Shown here piece by piece: positions 18,462 to 27,799 of a stretch of 46,271 nucleotides of DNA. The notes under the pieces are model-generated. The model searched no databases and was not told the DNA's origin. It was given only the letters and a program-made list of their open reading frames with translations. Each line of letters starts with the position of its first letter. Within the stretch, counting starts at the first letter, position 1. The translations under genes and the position numbers were made by a program. The stretch comes from Rhodothermales bacterium (GTDB lineage: Bacteria > Bacteroidota > Rhodothermia > Rhodothermales > VXPQ01): positions 1 through 46,271 of the forward strand of contig JBBDTI010000027.1 in assembly GCA_040904565.1 (NCBI GenBank), written 5' to 3'.

Positions 18462-19448
18462 TCACGCCTCCGTCTCCTCCCGTCCTTCTTCCGGCAGTCC
18501 GGATAGGAGGTAGAGAACGGCCATGCGGACCGCCACACCGTTCGTGACCTGATTCAGGATTACGGCCCGCTCGTGATCCACGACGTCGCTGGCCAGCTCC
18601 ACGCCGCGGTTGACCGGCCCGGGGTGCATGATCCGCAAATCCGGATACCGGTTCATGTGATCCAGCTTGATGCCGAACCGCTCGTGATACTCCCGCAGGC
18701 TCGGAAACAGGCTGGATTCCTGCCGCTCGAGCTGGATGCGCAGCGCCATGGCCACGTCACATTCCTCCAGCGCCTCGTCGAGACGATGCGTGACGCGAAC
18801 GCCCATCTTCTCGATTCCTACCGGCATCATCGTCTTGGGCCCGCAGAGCGTGACGTTTGCGCCCAGCGTCTTTAGGCCATAGATATTGGAGCGGGCGACG
18901 CGGCTGTGCGTGATATCGCCGACGATCGAAACGTTGCGCCCCTTCAGCGACGCATACAAGTCCGTCAGCGTAAGGAGGTCCAGGAGCGCCTGCGTGGGAT
19001 GTTCGTGCGCACCGTCACCGGCGTTGATGACGACCGAATCGACGCAGCGCGTAAGAAAGTGGGCTGCCCCGGGGGACGCATGGCGGATGACGACCATGTC
19101 GATCTTCATCGCCTCGATATTCTGGGCCGTGTCCTTGAGCGTTTCTCCTTTCACGACAGACGACCCCGAGGCCGAGAAATTGACCGTGTCGGCCGACAGG
19201 CGTTTCTCGGCCAGCTCGAACGACAGGCGCGTTCTGGTTGAGGCCTCGAAGAAGAGGTTGACGACGGTAACCCCCCTCAACGTGGGCACGCGTCGAATTG
19301 GCCGGTCCAGCACCGTCCGGAATTGTCGTGCCGTTTCCAGAATGAGTTGGATCTCGTCCGCGCTGTACGTCTGGAGCCCAAGCAGGTGCCGGTGCTCCAG
19401 CGCCGACAGCGAAGCCGATTCAGCCTGTTCCTCTTCGGTCACTTGCAT
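18462..19448 (-). CDS. pyrB: Aspartate carbamoyltransferase catalytic subunit
   Basis: [53 protein letters not shown]. Start placed at ATG 19448. Confidence 0.97.
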   Translation of the reverse strand: MQVTEEEQAESASLSALEHRHLLGLQTYSADEIQLILETARQFRTVLDRPIRRVPTLRGVTVVNLFFEASTRTRLSFELAEKRLSADTVNFSASGSSVVKGETLKDTAQNIEAMKIDMVVIRHASPGAAHFLTRCVDSVVINAGDGAHEHPTQALLDLLTLTDLYASLKGRNVSIVGDITHSRVARSNIYGLKTLGANVTLCGPKTMMPVGIEKMGVRVTHRLDEALEECDVAMALRIQLERQESSLFPSLREYHERFGIKLDHMNRYPDLRIMHPGPVNRGVELASDVVDHERAVILNQVTNGVAVRMAVLYLLSGLPEEGREETEA

Positions 19449-19458
19449 CAGGTTGCTG

Positions 19459-20028
19459 CTATTCTTCCGACGTTTCGACAAGCCAAACGCCTTCCCGGTT
19501 GTCGATTTCGTTCAGGCGCACGCGCACCTCCTCCCCCGGAAGCGTAGGCACCTGCCGCCCCACGATGTCCGCGCAGATCGGAAGTTCACGGAGGCCGCGG
19601 TCCACCACAACGAGGAACTGCACGGCTCCGGGGCGTCCGATATCCATCAGGGCGTCGAGCGCCGATCGAGCCGTCCGGCCCGTATAGAGCACGTCGTCGA
19701 CCAGGACGAGGTGCCGCGCGGTAATATCGAAGGGAATATCGGTAGTCCGGACGACCGGTTGCTTCAAGCGCATGCGAAAATCGTCCCGGTACATCGTCGG
19801 ATCGAGAACGCCTACGGGCACGTCGAGCGACTCTACGGCCCGAATCTTCTCGCGCAGCCGCCGAGCGAGATAGACGCCTCGGGTCTGCATGCCGATTAAT
19901 CCGAAAGCCTCTTCGGCATTTTCCTCTGGGTGGATCAGTTCCACGATCTGACGAGCCATTCGATCGAGCATGCGATCGAGATCGTGCTCGTCCATCAACT
20001 TCGCCTTGATACGGTCGTGAAGCTCCAT
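19459..20028 (-). CDS. pyrR: Bifunctional pyrimidine regulator / uracil phosphoribosyltransferase
   Basis: [32 protein letters not shown]. Confidence 0.95.
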   Translation of the reverse strand: MELHDRIKAKLMDEHDLDRMLDRMARQIVELIHPEENAEEAFGLIGMQTRGVYLARRLREKIRAVESLDVPVGVLDPTMYRDDFRMRLKQPVVRTTDIPFDITARHLVLVDDVLYTGRTARSALDALMDIGRPGAVQFLVVVDRGLRELPICADIVGRQVPTLPGEEVRVRLNEIDNREGVWLVETSEE

Positions 20029-20217
20029 GCCGTCAAGGTACGGGATACGACGAAACGGTGAACGTTGAAAGTTAAAGGATTTAGCCGGCTTATCCGCGCG
20101 GAACTCCCGGGCAAGATGTTCGTGCGAATCCGCGCTTCGCTACAGGGGTGCCTGCGTGGAACCGCACGTCGCGCGCAGGATGTAAGATACCTGCCCTTCC
20201 TATATACGAAGTTTGCC

Positions 20218-21153
20218 ATGCCTTCTCAGCAGGACACCTCACTCAGATACCTCGATCCCGTCGTTGTTTCCCGTCTCAAGAACATGGAGATCCGGGCGAG
20301 ACTGATCGTGGAGGGCTTCATGACGGGCATGCACAAGAGCCCGTACCACGGGTTTTCCGTCGAGTTTGCCGAGCATCGCCCCTACAACCCCGGCGACGAG
20401 CTGCGTCACGTCGATTGGAAGGTGTACGCCAAGACGGATCGGCACTACGTAAAACAGTTTGAAGAGGAGACCAACCTGCGGCATTACGTCGTGCTGGACA
20501 CGTCGGCGTCGATGCACTATCGGGCGGATGCGGCGCTGTCGAAGCTCGAGTATGGGGCGTACCTCGCCGCCTCGCTGCACTATCTGATGGTCAAGCAGCG
20601 TGACGCTACGGGATTGATCTCGTTCGACGAGAGGATCCGCACGATGATGGGGCCGAAGAGCACATCCACCTTTCTCCGGCAGCTTCTCGCCCGGCTTCAG
20701 CACCTCGTAGACGATGAGGAAGCAGAGCATCGAACGTCGGCTGCGACGGTGCTGAGCGAGGTAGCCGAACGCATCGCCCGGCGATCGCTCGTCGTCGTCA
20801 TCACGGACCTGTTCGAAAACGTCGGCCAGCACGATCAGCTGCTGAAGGCACTCCGTCATCTGCGATACCGTGGGCACGAAGTACTCGTTTTCCACGTGCT
20901 TGAATCCACCACGGAGCGGCAGTTCCGCTTTCCGGACGTGCCCATGGTCTTTCGAGACATGGAGACGGGCGAGGAGGTCTCACTTCAGCCGGCACAGCTA
21001 CGCGAAAACTACGAGGAAGCCGTCCGGCATTTCAGCACCCGGTTCCGTCGTAACTGCCTCGAGTACGACATAGATTTCGTGGAACTGGACACGAACGAGC
21101 CCTACGACACGGCGCTGTTGTCCTATCTGAACAAACGCGGGCAGCTGACATAG
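20218..21153 (+). CDS. DUF58 domain protein (MoxR/VWA-associated)
   Basis: VEGFMTGMHKSPYHGFSVEFAEHRPYNPGD, VDWKVYAKTD, KQFEEETN, LDTSASM. Start placed at ATG 20218. Confidence 0.92.
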   Translation: MPSQQDTSLRYLDPVVVSRLKNMEIRARLIVEGFMTGMHKSPYHGFSVEFAEHRPYNPGDELRHVDWKVYAKTDRHYVKQFEEETNLRHYVVLDTSASMHYRADAALSKLEYGAYLAASLHYLMVKQRDATGLISFDERIRTMMGPKSTSTFLRQLLARLQHLVDDEEAEHRTSAATVLSEVAERIARRSLVVVITDLFENVGQHDQLLKALRHLRYRGHEVLVFHVLESTTERQFRFPDVPMVFRDMETGEEVSLQPAQLRENYEEAVRHFSTRFRRNCLEYDIDFVELDTNEPYDTALLSYLNKRGQLT

Positions 21154-21347
21154 CCGCGCCAAACGAGCGTCCGCCGGATATCCGCATGCGGCTCGGGCCT
21201 CGGTCGAGTCGGTACACACGGCTACATATGTCCGTCGGCCGGACGTCCTCCGGTCATCATATACATAGTCATGGACGGCGCAGCCTGAAACCTGTCTCCG
21301 GGTAACGATTTTGATACGGGTGGGATCGAACCATCTATGGTAGACGG

Positions 21348-23105
21348 ATGATGGACAAATACCTGATTGTTATTGGGATCGTAGTCGGTTTGCTCGCCAT
21401 GCCCGTTTGGGGACAATCCGTCGAGTCCGCCGCCCCTTCCGGTCCGCCAACCGTCTTCGACGCCCCCGGCCTGGTCAAGTCGTACCAGGCATCGATTCGG
21501 CCCAGCGAACTGTCCGCACAGCTTTATTTCTTCGCATCAGATCTCTTCGAGGGCCGCGAGACGACGACGCGGGGGCAGAAGCTGGCGGCAGAGTACCTGG
21601 CCGCTCGTTACCGTGAGATGGGCCTTACTCCGATGGGAGACGCCGTCGTCAGACGCGAGGCCGGGCCGAGCGCGTACTACCAGCGCTTCGACGTCCACGG
21701 CAGCCGGCTTATTGAGGCGCGTATCGAGGTGATCGTACAGGAGGACACGGTCCTGCGCAGCGTCTTCTCCGCCGGGGAGCAGGATGGCCTCAGTTACCTG
21801 TCGATGGGGAACGTGCCGGCGGCCGGCGGTTCGGTCGTATTTGCCGGATACGGCATCGGCGACGACGAGCTGCAGTACGACGATTTCCAGGCGTTGAGCG
21901 AAAAGGGGATTTCCCTGGCCGGTAAATGGCTCATGGTACTCAGAGACGAGCCGCTGGCTGACGATTCCACCAGCCTGCTGCCGACGGTCGACGGACGGCC
22001 ATCGGTCTGGTCTCACAGTATCTATCAGAAGCTGCGGGCCGCCTACAAGAACGGTATCCCGAAAGGGCTGCTCGTCGTCGACGACCTTGGTCCCCATGCA
22101 TCGAATGATTTCGAGGAACGTACCCGACGCGCGGCGCGAGGGCTATCGAAAGTCGGCAGTCTCTCCATCAAGCCCGTAAATCGCCGCCTACCGGTGTACA
22201 AGGTTTCGACGGAGTTTGCGAACGCCTTGCTGACGCCGTCGGGCCGTACGATTTTAGATATTAAAAACCGGATCGACGAGACCCTTACGCCCGTCGTCCT
22301 CGAGCTTCCCGGCGTCAGGGTGACGAGCCGAATCGAGCGCGCCTCTTTTACGGCCGAAACGGAAAACGTGCTCGCTTATCTCGAGGGATCCGATCCTCGC
22401 CTGCGCGATGAAGTCGTCATCATCTCGTCGCACTACGACCACATCGGCATCGATTCCACGCTCGTCGGCGATCAGATACACAACGGCGCGGACGACAACG
22501 CCTCGGGCACCGTCGCGATGCTTGAAATTGCGGAGTCCTTCGTGAAAGCACAGGGCGACGGGTATGCGCCCCGGCGGTCGATCCTCTTCCTCCACCTCTC
22601 GGGAGAGGAAAAGGGGCTCCTCGGCTCTGAATACTATACGGATCGGTATGCCAAGAGTGACGGCCCGCTGTCCATCGACAAGACCGTCGCGAATCTCAAT
22701 ATCGACATGATCGGCCGTCACGACCCGACGTATCAGGGCTCGGATTCGAACTACGTGTACATCATCGGATCCAACCTCATCTCCGAGGAGCTGCACGAAA
22801 TCAACATGGAAACCAACCGGCTGACATCGACCGACCTCGTTCTGGACGGGCGATTCAATTCGAAGGAGGATCCGAATCAGTTCTACGCCAGGTCGGATCA
22901 CTGGAACTTCGGCAAGCCGCCGCACTACGTACCCTTCATCTTCTTTTTCGCGGGCACCCACCCGGACTATCACCGCCCGGGCGACGAAGCCCACAAAATC
23001 GACTACGACCGGCTCGCTTCCATATCCCGCCTTATCTTCGCGACGGCCTGGCAGCTCGCTAATCAAGATGAGCGGCCGGCCGTTACGGGAGACGGCTTCA
23101 ACTAG
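21348..23105 (+). CDS. Secreted M28 family metallopeptidase with PA-like insert
   Basis: Signal peptide; SSHYDHIG, NGADDNASG, GEEKGLLGS, NIDMIG, RSDH, DYHRPGD. Confidence 0.92.
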   Translation: MMDKYLIVIGIVVGLLAMPVWGQSVESAAPSGPPTVFDAPGLVKSYQASIRPSELSAQLYFFASDLFEGRETTTRGQKLAAEYLAARYREMGLTPMGDAVVRREAGPSAYYQRFDVHGSRLIEARIEVIVQEDTVLRSVFSAGEQDGLSYLSMGNVPAAGGSVVFAGYGIGDDELQYDDFQALSEKGISLAGKWLMVLRDEPLADDSTSLLPTVDGRPSVWSHSIYQKLRAAYKNGIPKGLLVVDDLGPHASNDFEERTRRAARGLSKVGSLSIKPVNRRLPVYKVSTEFANALLTPSGRTILDIKNRIDETLTPVVLELPGVRVTSRIERASFTAETENVLAYLEGSDPRLRDEVVIISSHYDHIGIDSTLVGDQIHNGADDNASGTVAMLEIAESFVKAQGDGYAPRRSILFLHLSGEEKGLLGSEYYTDRYAKSDGPLSIDKTVANLNIDMIGRHDPTYQGSDSNYVYIIGSNLISEELHEINMETNRLTSTDLVLDGRFNSKEDPNQFYARSDHWNFGKPPHYVPFIFFFAGTHPDYHRPGDEAHKIDYDRLASISRLIFATAWQLANQDERPAVTGDGFN

Positions 23106-23149
23106 ACGCTTTTAAACCTTCGATAAGAACCGTGGGCCGGAAGTACCCT

Positions 23150-24352
23150 ATGCGAGATCGAGTTCGCGACCTCAACGAGAAGATCTTTGGGGATGTCGTC
23201 CACCTCCGTCGAACGATCCACCGCAACCCCGAGCTGGCGTTCGAAGAAACGGACACCGCCCGCCTCGTCGTCGAGACACTCGAACCGCTCGGATTCGACA
23301 TCAAGGAGCACGTCGCCAGGACCGGGGTCGTCGCTGCGCTCGAAGGCGGGCGTCCCGGTCCGACCGTGGCGCTGCGAGCCGACATGGACGCCCTTCCGAT
23401 TCAGGAGGAGAACGACCTCGATTTTGCCTCCCGCAACGATGGAAAGATGCATGCCTGCGGGCACGACGCACATACGTCGTCGCTGCTCGGGACGGCCATG
23501 ATACTTCATGAGATTCGTGCCGAGCTTTCCGGATCGGTACGTTTCATCTTCCAGCCAAGCGAAGAACGCCTGCCGGGAGGTGCAAAGTCCATGATCGACG
23601 AAGGGGCGCTCGACGGCGTGGACGAATCGGCACCGGAAGTGATCTTCGGCCAGCACGTACAGCCCGACCTTTCGGCCGGCCACATCGGCGTTCGCAGCGG
23701 CATGTACATGGCCTCGACCGACGAAATCTACATTACGGTTCGCGGGCGAGGCGGTCATGCCGCCGCGCCCCATCAGCTGGATACGGATGCAACCCTCGCG
23801 GCCGCGCACGTCCTCGTCGCCTTGCAGTCCGTCATCAGCCGTCACTGTCCACCCGACGTCCCAAGCGTGCTCACGATAGGACGGTTCGTGGCCGATGGCG
23901 CCACGAACGTGATCCCGGAGAAGGCCCGGCTCGAAGGAACCTTCCGGTCCATGAATGAAGACTGGCGATTTCGGGCGCACGACCACATCCGGCGCGTCGC
24001 GGAGCACACGGCGCGCGCCCTGGGTGCCGACGTCGACGTCGAGATCGTCGTGGGATATCCGGCCCTTTACAATCACCCCGAGCCCACGTCCTTCATCCGT
24101 TCAGCGGCCGTCGAATACGTCGGGGAAGACCGTGTCGTCGATCTCGATCTGTGGTACGCCTCGGAGGATTTCGCCTGGTACCTGCGCGAGCTCCCCGGGA
24201 CCTTCTACCGTATCGGAACGCGCAATGAGGAGAAAGGGATCGTGCACGGCCTCCATACGCCGCGGTTTACGATCGACGAGGAGGCGCTCCGGACCGCACC
24301 CGGATTTATGGCCTATGCCGTCTGGAAGTATTTGACGGAGCGTGCGGCGTGA
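23150..24352 (+). CDS. M20D family amidohydrolase
   Basis: HRNPELAFEE, LRADMDALP, MHACGHDAH, FQPSEE, GGHAAAPH, SEDFA, LHTPRF. Confidence 0.93.
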   Translation: MRDRVRDLNEKIFGDVVHLRRTIHRNPELAFEETDTARLVVETLEPLGFDIKEHVARTGVVAALEGGRPGPTVALRADMDALPIQEENDLDFASRNDGKMHACGHDAHTSSLLGTAMILHEIRAELSGSVRFIFQPSEERLPGGAKSMIDEGALDGVDESAPEVIFGQHVQPDLSAGHIGVRSGMYMASTDEIYITVRGRGGHAAAPHQLDTDATLAAAHVLVALQSVISRHCPPDVPSVLTIGRFVADGATNVIPEKARLEGTFRSMNEDWRFRAHDHIRRVAEHTARALGADVDVEIVVGYPALYNHPEPTSFIRSAAVEYVGEDRVVDLDLWYASEDFAWYLRELPGTFYRIGTRNEEKGIVHGLHTPRFTIDEEALRTAPGFMAYAVWKYLTERAA

Positions 24353-24957
24353 CCCGATTCCTCCCGCTACTGCTCCTGTGTACGATGACCGGCCTGGGGT
24401 GTGCATCCACGCAGGAAATCGAGACGTCCACGCCTCAAGCGCGACCTGACCGCTCTGGCGGCACGAACGGAGCAACCCGGCAGGCGCCGCTCTCGATCCT
24501 CATGACGAACGGGGAAACCGTGCTACCGGCCGACGTATCCGCTCTGCAGTTTCGCATTACGGAGGTCCGATTGCACCGCCGAGACGGACCGTGGGTACGT
24601 CTTCCCTCCGATTCCGCACCGGTCGAGTTCGTAGAGGACGGGGGAGCCGTACGCCGGACCCTGCTGGATACGCGCGTGGATCCCGCCGAATACGACTCGA
24701 TGGCCGTCACGTTCAGTGACGTGTTCGTTCGCTTCGGCCCCAATGCGGGTGCCCCACTGACGACGGCCTCCGGCGTGCCCCAGCGGTTTGCACTGGCGCT
24801 CGGTCCCACCGCCGAGCAGCACACGTCCGTGGCGCTTCACCTCGAGCCGGGGGCTTCACTGACCCGCTCCCCGGACTGCCGCTGGTTCTTCGTACCCGTC
24901 CTGCGCAGTACCCTCACGGCCCGACCGCTACCTTCGGGCGACACGCCGGGCCGGTGA
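24349..24957 (+). CDS. Putative lipoprotein, DUF4382-like
   Basis: Lipobox LGC after a hydrophobic signal; beta-rich body (ILMTN, ITEVRLH, PAEYD); 4-bp overlap with the upstream stop. Confidence 0.6.
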   Translation: MTRFLPLLLLCTMTGLGCASTQEIETSTPQARPDRSGGTNGATRQAPLSILMTNGETVLPADVSALQFRITEVRLHRRDGPWVRLPSDSAPVEFVEDGGAVRRTLLDTRVDPAEYDSMAVTFSDVFVRFGPNAGAPLTTASGVPQRFALALGPTAEQHTSVALHLEPGASLTRSPDCRWFFVPVLRSTLTARPLPSGDTPGR

Positions 24958-25041
24958 AATTGAAAAGCCGTCGGGTGGGCCGGTGAAAGGCCGTCGGGCC
25001 GGTGTAATTAAAAGCCGTCGGGTGGGCCGGTGAAAGGCCTT
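24947..25041. repeat. Tandem duplication of a ~47-48 bp unit containing gggccggtg four times
   Basis: cgggccggtgaaattgaaaagccgtcgggtgggccggtgaaaggccgt followed by cgggccggtgtaattaaaagccgtcgggtgggccggtgaaaggcctt. Confidence 0.85.
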
Positions 25042-25057
25042 CGTGCAGCCCGGATAC

Positions 25058-25089
25058 ACGAAACCCGCCGGCCGAATCGGCCGACGGGT
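25058..25089 (-). terminator. Putative intrinsic terminator after nfu gene
   Basis: Minus-strand hairpin acccgtcggccga-t-tcggccggcgggt followed by ttcgtgt. Confidence 0.55.
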
Positions 25090-25121
25090 CGCAACAGTGC
25101 GGGAAAGCCGTTGATCTTCCG

Positions 25122-25421
25122 CTAATACGCGGCGGGAGCATTGACGGCTTCCACGCGGGAGATTTGCGGGACGGATCGTTTAAGGGCCTGTTCGATTCCG
25201 GCCCGAAGCGTCATCGTACTCATCGGACACGACCCGCATGCGCCGAGCAGTTCAAGCTCTACGACGAGATCCGGCGTCACGTTCAGCAGACGCACGGAAC
25301 CACCGTCGGCCATCAGATAGGGACGAATCATATCGAGCGATTCTTCGATCTGCCGGCGAAGCTCCTCGTCCGCTCCCGGATTGAAGTCGTCCGTATTGGC
25401 TGTGTCGTTCTTCTCGGACAT
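25122..25421 (-). CDS. NifU C-terminal (Nfu) Fe-S carrier protein
   Basis: IRPYLMADGG, LLGACGSCPMSTMTL, GIEQAL. Start placed at ATG 25421. Confidence 0.92.
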   Translation of the reverse strand: MSEKNDTANTDDFNPGADEELRRQIEESLDMIRPYLMADGGSVRLLNVTPDLVVELELLGACGSCPMSTMTLRAGIEQALKRSVPQISRVEAVNAPAAY

Positions 25422-25530
25422 GACGCTTAAAAGCGGGCTTAAGATTTCGTGGCTGTATGATACCCAACGCCGCAAACGACAAAAAGGTCACGGGGATCCA
25501 AAGATCTGCGCGCTCTGCCAGAGGGCGTAG

Positions 25531-26637
25531 TTACTTGTGCAAAATTTCTACCTTTTGGGTGGATTCCTGCTCCGCGTTGCGCATAATTACCTGCTGCACG
25601 ACACGCTCGGCCATCGTGGTGAACGCCCTGGCGGACAGGCTGTCCGGCTCCGTGACAACCATGGGCGTTCCCTCATCACCTGTCTCCCTCAGACGCTGCT
25701 CGATCGGCACCTCGGCCAGGAACGGCACGTCGAGCTCGTCGGCCAGACGTCGAGCGCCTTCCCGCCCGAACAGGTAGTATTTCTTATCCGGAAGCTCGGG
25801 CGGTGTGAAGTACGCCATATTCTCGACGATGCCCAGCACAGGTACGTCGACGTTCTCGAACATCGAGACGCCCTTTCGTGCGTCTGCCAGCGCTACGTTC
25901 TGCGGGGTGGATACGACGACCGCCCCCGTCAGGGCCACCGTCTGCACGATGGTGAGCTGAATGTCTCCGGTCCCGGGCGGTAGATCGAGAATAAGGTAAT
26001 CCAGCTCCCCCCACTCGCATTCACCCAAGAACTGCCGAACCGCATTGGAGACCATCGGACCGCGCCAGATAACCGCCTTCGCAGGGTCGACCATCATTCC
26101 CATAGACAGGAGCTTGATGCCGTGCCGTTCGAGAGGAACGATCTTCTTTCGGTCGTTGACGCGCGGCTTCTCGTCACCCACGCCGAACATCGTAGGAACC
26201 GACGGCCCGTAGATGTCCGTGTCGACGAGCCCCACATCGTACCCCATCTGCTTCAGGGCGACGGCGAGGTTGGCCGCGACCGTACTTTTTCCGACGCCGC
26301 CCTTTCCGGACGCGACCGCAATGAAATTCACGACGTCCTCCGGTTGGGCCTCTTTCTTGCCACCGTCGTCGCTCATTTCAAGCGAGATCATCTCGTTGTC
26401 GACCTGGACGTCGACCTCGACGTCGTCCCCCGCCTCCTCTCGCACGGCCGCTAGGCAACGATCCGCCACGCTGTCGGCGAACGACGCGGAAGGATCTTTC
26501 AGGATGACGGTGAACGAAACGCGGTTCGCCTCCACCTTGAGTCCCTTTACCATATTCAGGCGAAGGATATCCTTGCCCCGATCGGGCTCGACGACGTTCG
26601 AAAGCGCTCGATAAACCTGCTCCTTGGATACGGCCAT
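25531..26637 (-). CDS. mrp: Mrp/NBP35 (ApbC) Fe-S cluster carrier ATPase
   Basis: ASGKGGVGKST, DTDIYGPS, IWRGPM, LDLPPGTGDIQL, GIVENM. Confidence 0.95.
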   Translation of the reverse strand: MAVSKEQVYRALSNVVEPDRGKDILRLNMVKGLKVEANRVSFTVILKDPSASFADSVADRCLAAVREEAGDDVEVDVQVDNEMISLEMSDDGGKKEAQPEDVVNFIAVASGKGGVGKSTVAANLAVALKQMGYDVGLVDTDIYGPSVPTMFGVGDEKPRVNDRKKIVPLERHGIKLLSMGMMVDPAKAVIWRGPMVSNAVRQFLGECEWGELDYLILDLPPGTGDIQLTIVQTVALTGAVVVSTPQNVALADARKGVSMFENVDVPVLGIVENMAYFTPPELPDKKYYLFGREGARRLADELDVPFLAEVPIEQRLRETGDEGTPMVVTEPDSLSARAFTTMAERVVQQVIMRNAEQESTQKVEILHK

Positions 26638-26797
26638 AGCGAAGGTAAAGACCTGGGAAATGCGAGTGGGAAACTACGACAGAGGGTGGGTTGGATTGTT
26701 CCATTCGGCCGCGGTGCCCGGGACATCGCGCCGACGCACGGTTGAGCCTGTTGACGATTTAAGGGCCCACAGGGCCGGTGCGGAGCTGCGCAGTTTA

Positions 26798-27646
26798 TCA
26801 ACGGCCCTTGCCTTCGTAGACCAGCGCCGCGGCCCACCACTCGCCTTCCGTACGTTCTTCGAGCAGCGCGAATCCGTGCGGCTCGGCGGCCTCCAGCAGG
26901 CGTGAACGATCCGGTAAGAAGATCCCGGATACGACGAGGCGACCGCCTCTGGACAACCGGATGCCGAACTCCGCAAGCAGTCCGACTACGACGTTGAGAT
27001 TGATATTCGCAAGTACGAGGTCGTACGATCCGCCCGGCACGCCGTCGATGGATCCCTCGATGATGGTCACGCGGTCCTGGACGCCGTTGAGGTAGACGTT
27101 CTCCACCGCATTTCGCCGCGACCACGTATCGATGTCGAACCCGTCGACTTTCCGAGCGCCCAGCTTCACGGCGGCGATGGCAAGGATGCCCGTGCCCGTC
27201 CCGGCATCGAGAACCTCGTCGCCGGCAAGCAGGTGAGCCGGAAGCAACCTGAGCATCAGGCGCGTGGACTCGTGGTAGCCCGTCCCGAAACTCATCTTGG
27301 GATCGATTTCGAGGAGGATCAGCTCGCCGATATCGCTCGGCGCCTCCCGCCACGTCGGCTTGACGAGAAAGGGTTCGACGACGATCGGACCGATGGTTTC
27401 TTCCCACTGCCGGTTCCAGTTCTCATCGCCCACGACCTGCTCCGTCATCCGCCTGGAGAGCTCGTTGCCGTGGAGCCAGCTCTCGATCTGCTCCCGCTTT
27501 ACGTCGTCCCATCGCGCGGAGGGTATGTAGGCGACCAGATAGTCGTCCTCCAGCTCGAACGCGTCGAAATCCATATCCGACAGCTCCGCAACCAGAAACT
27601 CCTGGTACGGATCGGGAACGAAGATTTTCAGGGAGACGGTGGGCAC
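26798..27646 (-). CDS. prmA: Ribosomal protein L11 methyltransferase
   Basis: ENWNRQWE, IDPKMSFGTGYHEST, VLDAGTGTGILAIAA, LANIN. Start placed at GTG 27646. Confidence 0.92.
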   Translation of the reverse strand: MPTVSLKIFVPDPYQEFLVAELSDMDFDAFELEDDYLVAYIPSARWDDVKREQIESWLHGNELSRRMTEQVVGDENWNRQWEETIGPIVVEPFLVKPTWREAPSDIGELILLEIDPKMSFGTGYHESTRLMLRLLPAHLLAGDEVLDAGTGTGILAIAAVKLGARKVDGFDIDTWSRRNAVENVYLNGVQDRVTIIEGSIDGVPGGSYDLVLANINLNVVVGLLAEFGIRLSRGGRLVVSGIFLPDRSRLLEAAEPHGFALLEERTEGEWWAAALVYEGKGR

Positions 27647-27799
27647 GAGTGACGAGAACGAGCCATGGAACACATCGGTGACCGGGCCGGCGTGGATCGC
27701 GGCCGTTTGCCGGCAGCAGTACGCGAACACGGACGACTTCACGCTGCCGGCGGAATGATCCACGACGCAACGGAAAGGGTCGCCGCCGTTTTAGACGCG

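Noticed and set aside
20029-20217. PyrR-binding attenuator upstream of pyrR
   Set aside because: A CTTTAA is present, but I found no AGTCCnGnGAGG-type binding loop or terminator/antiterminator.
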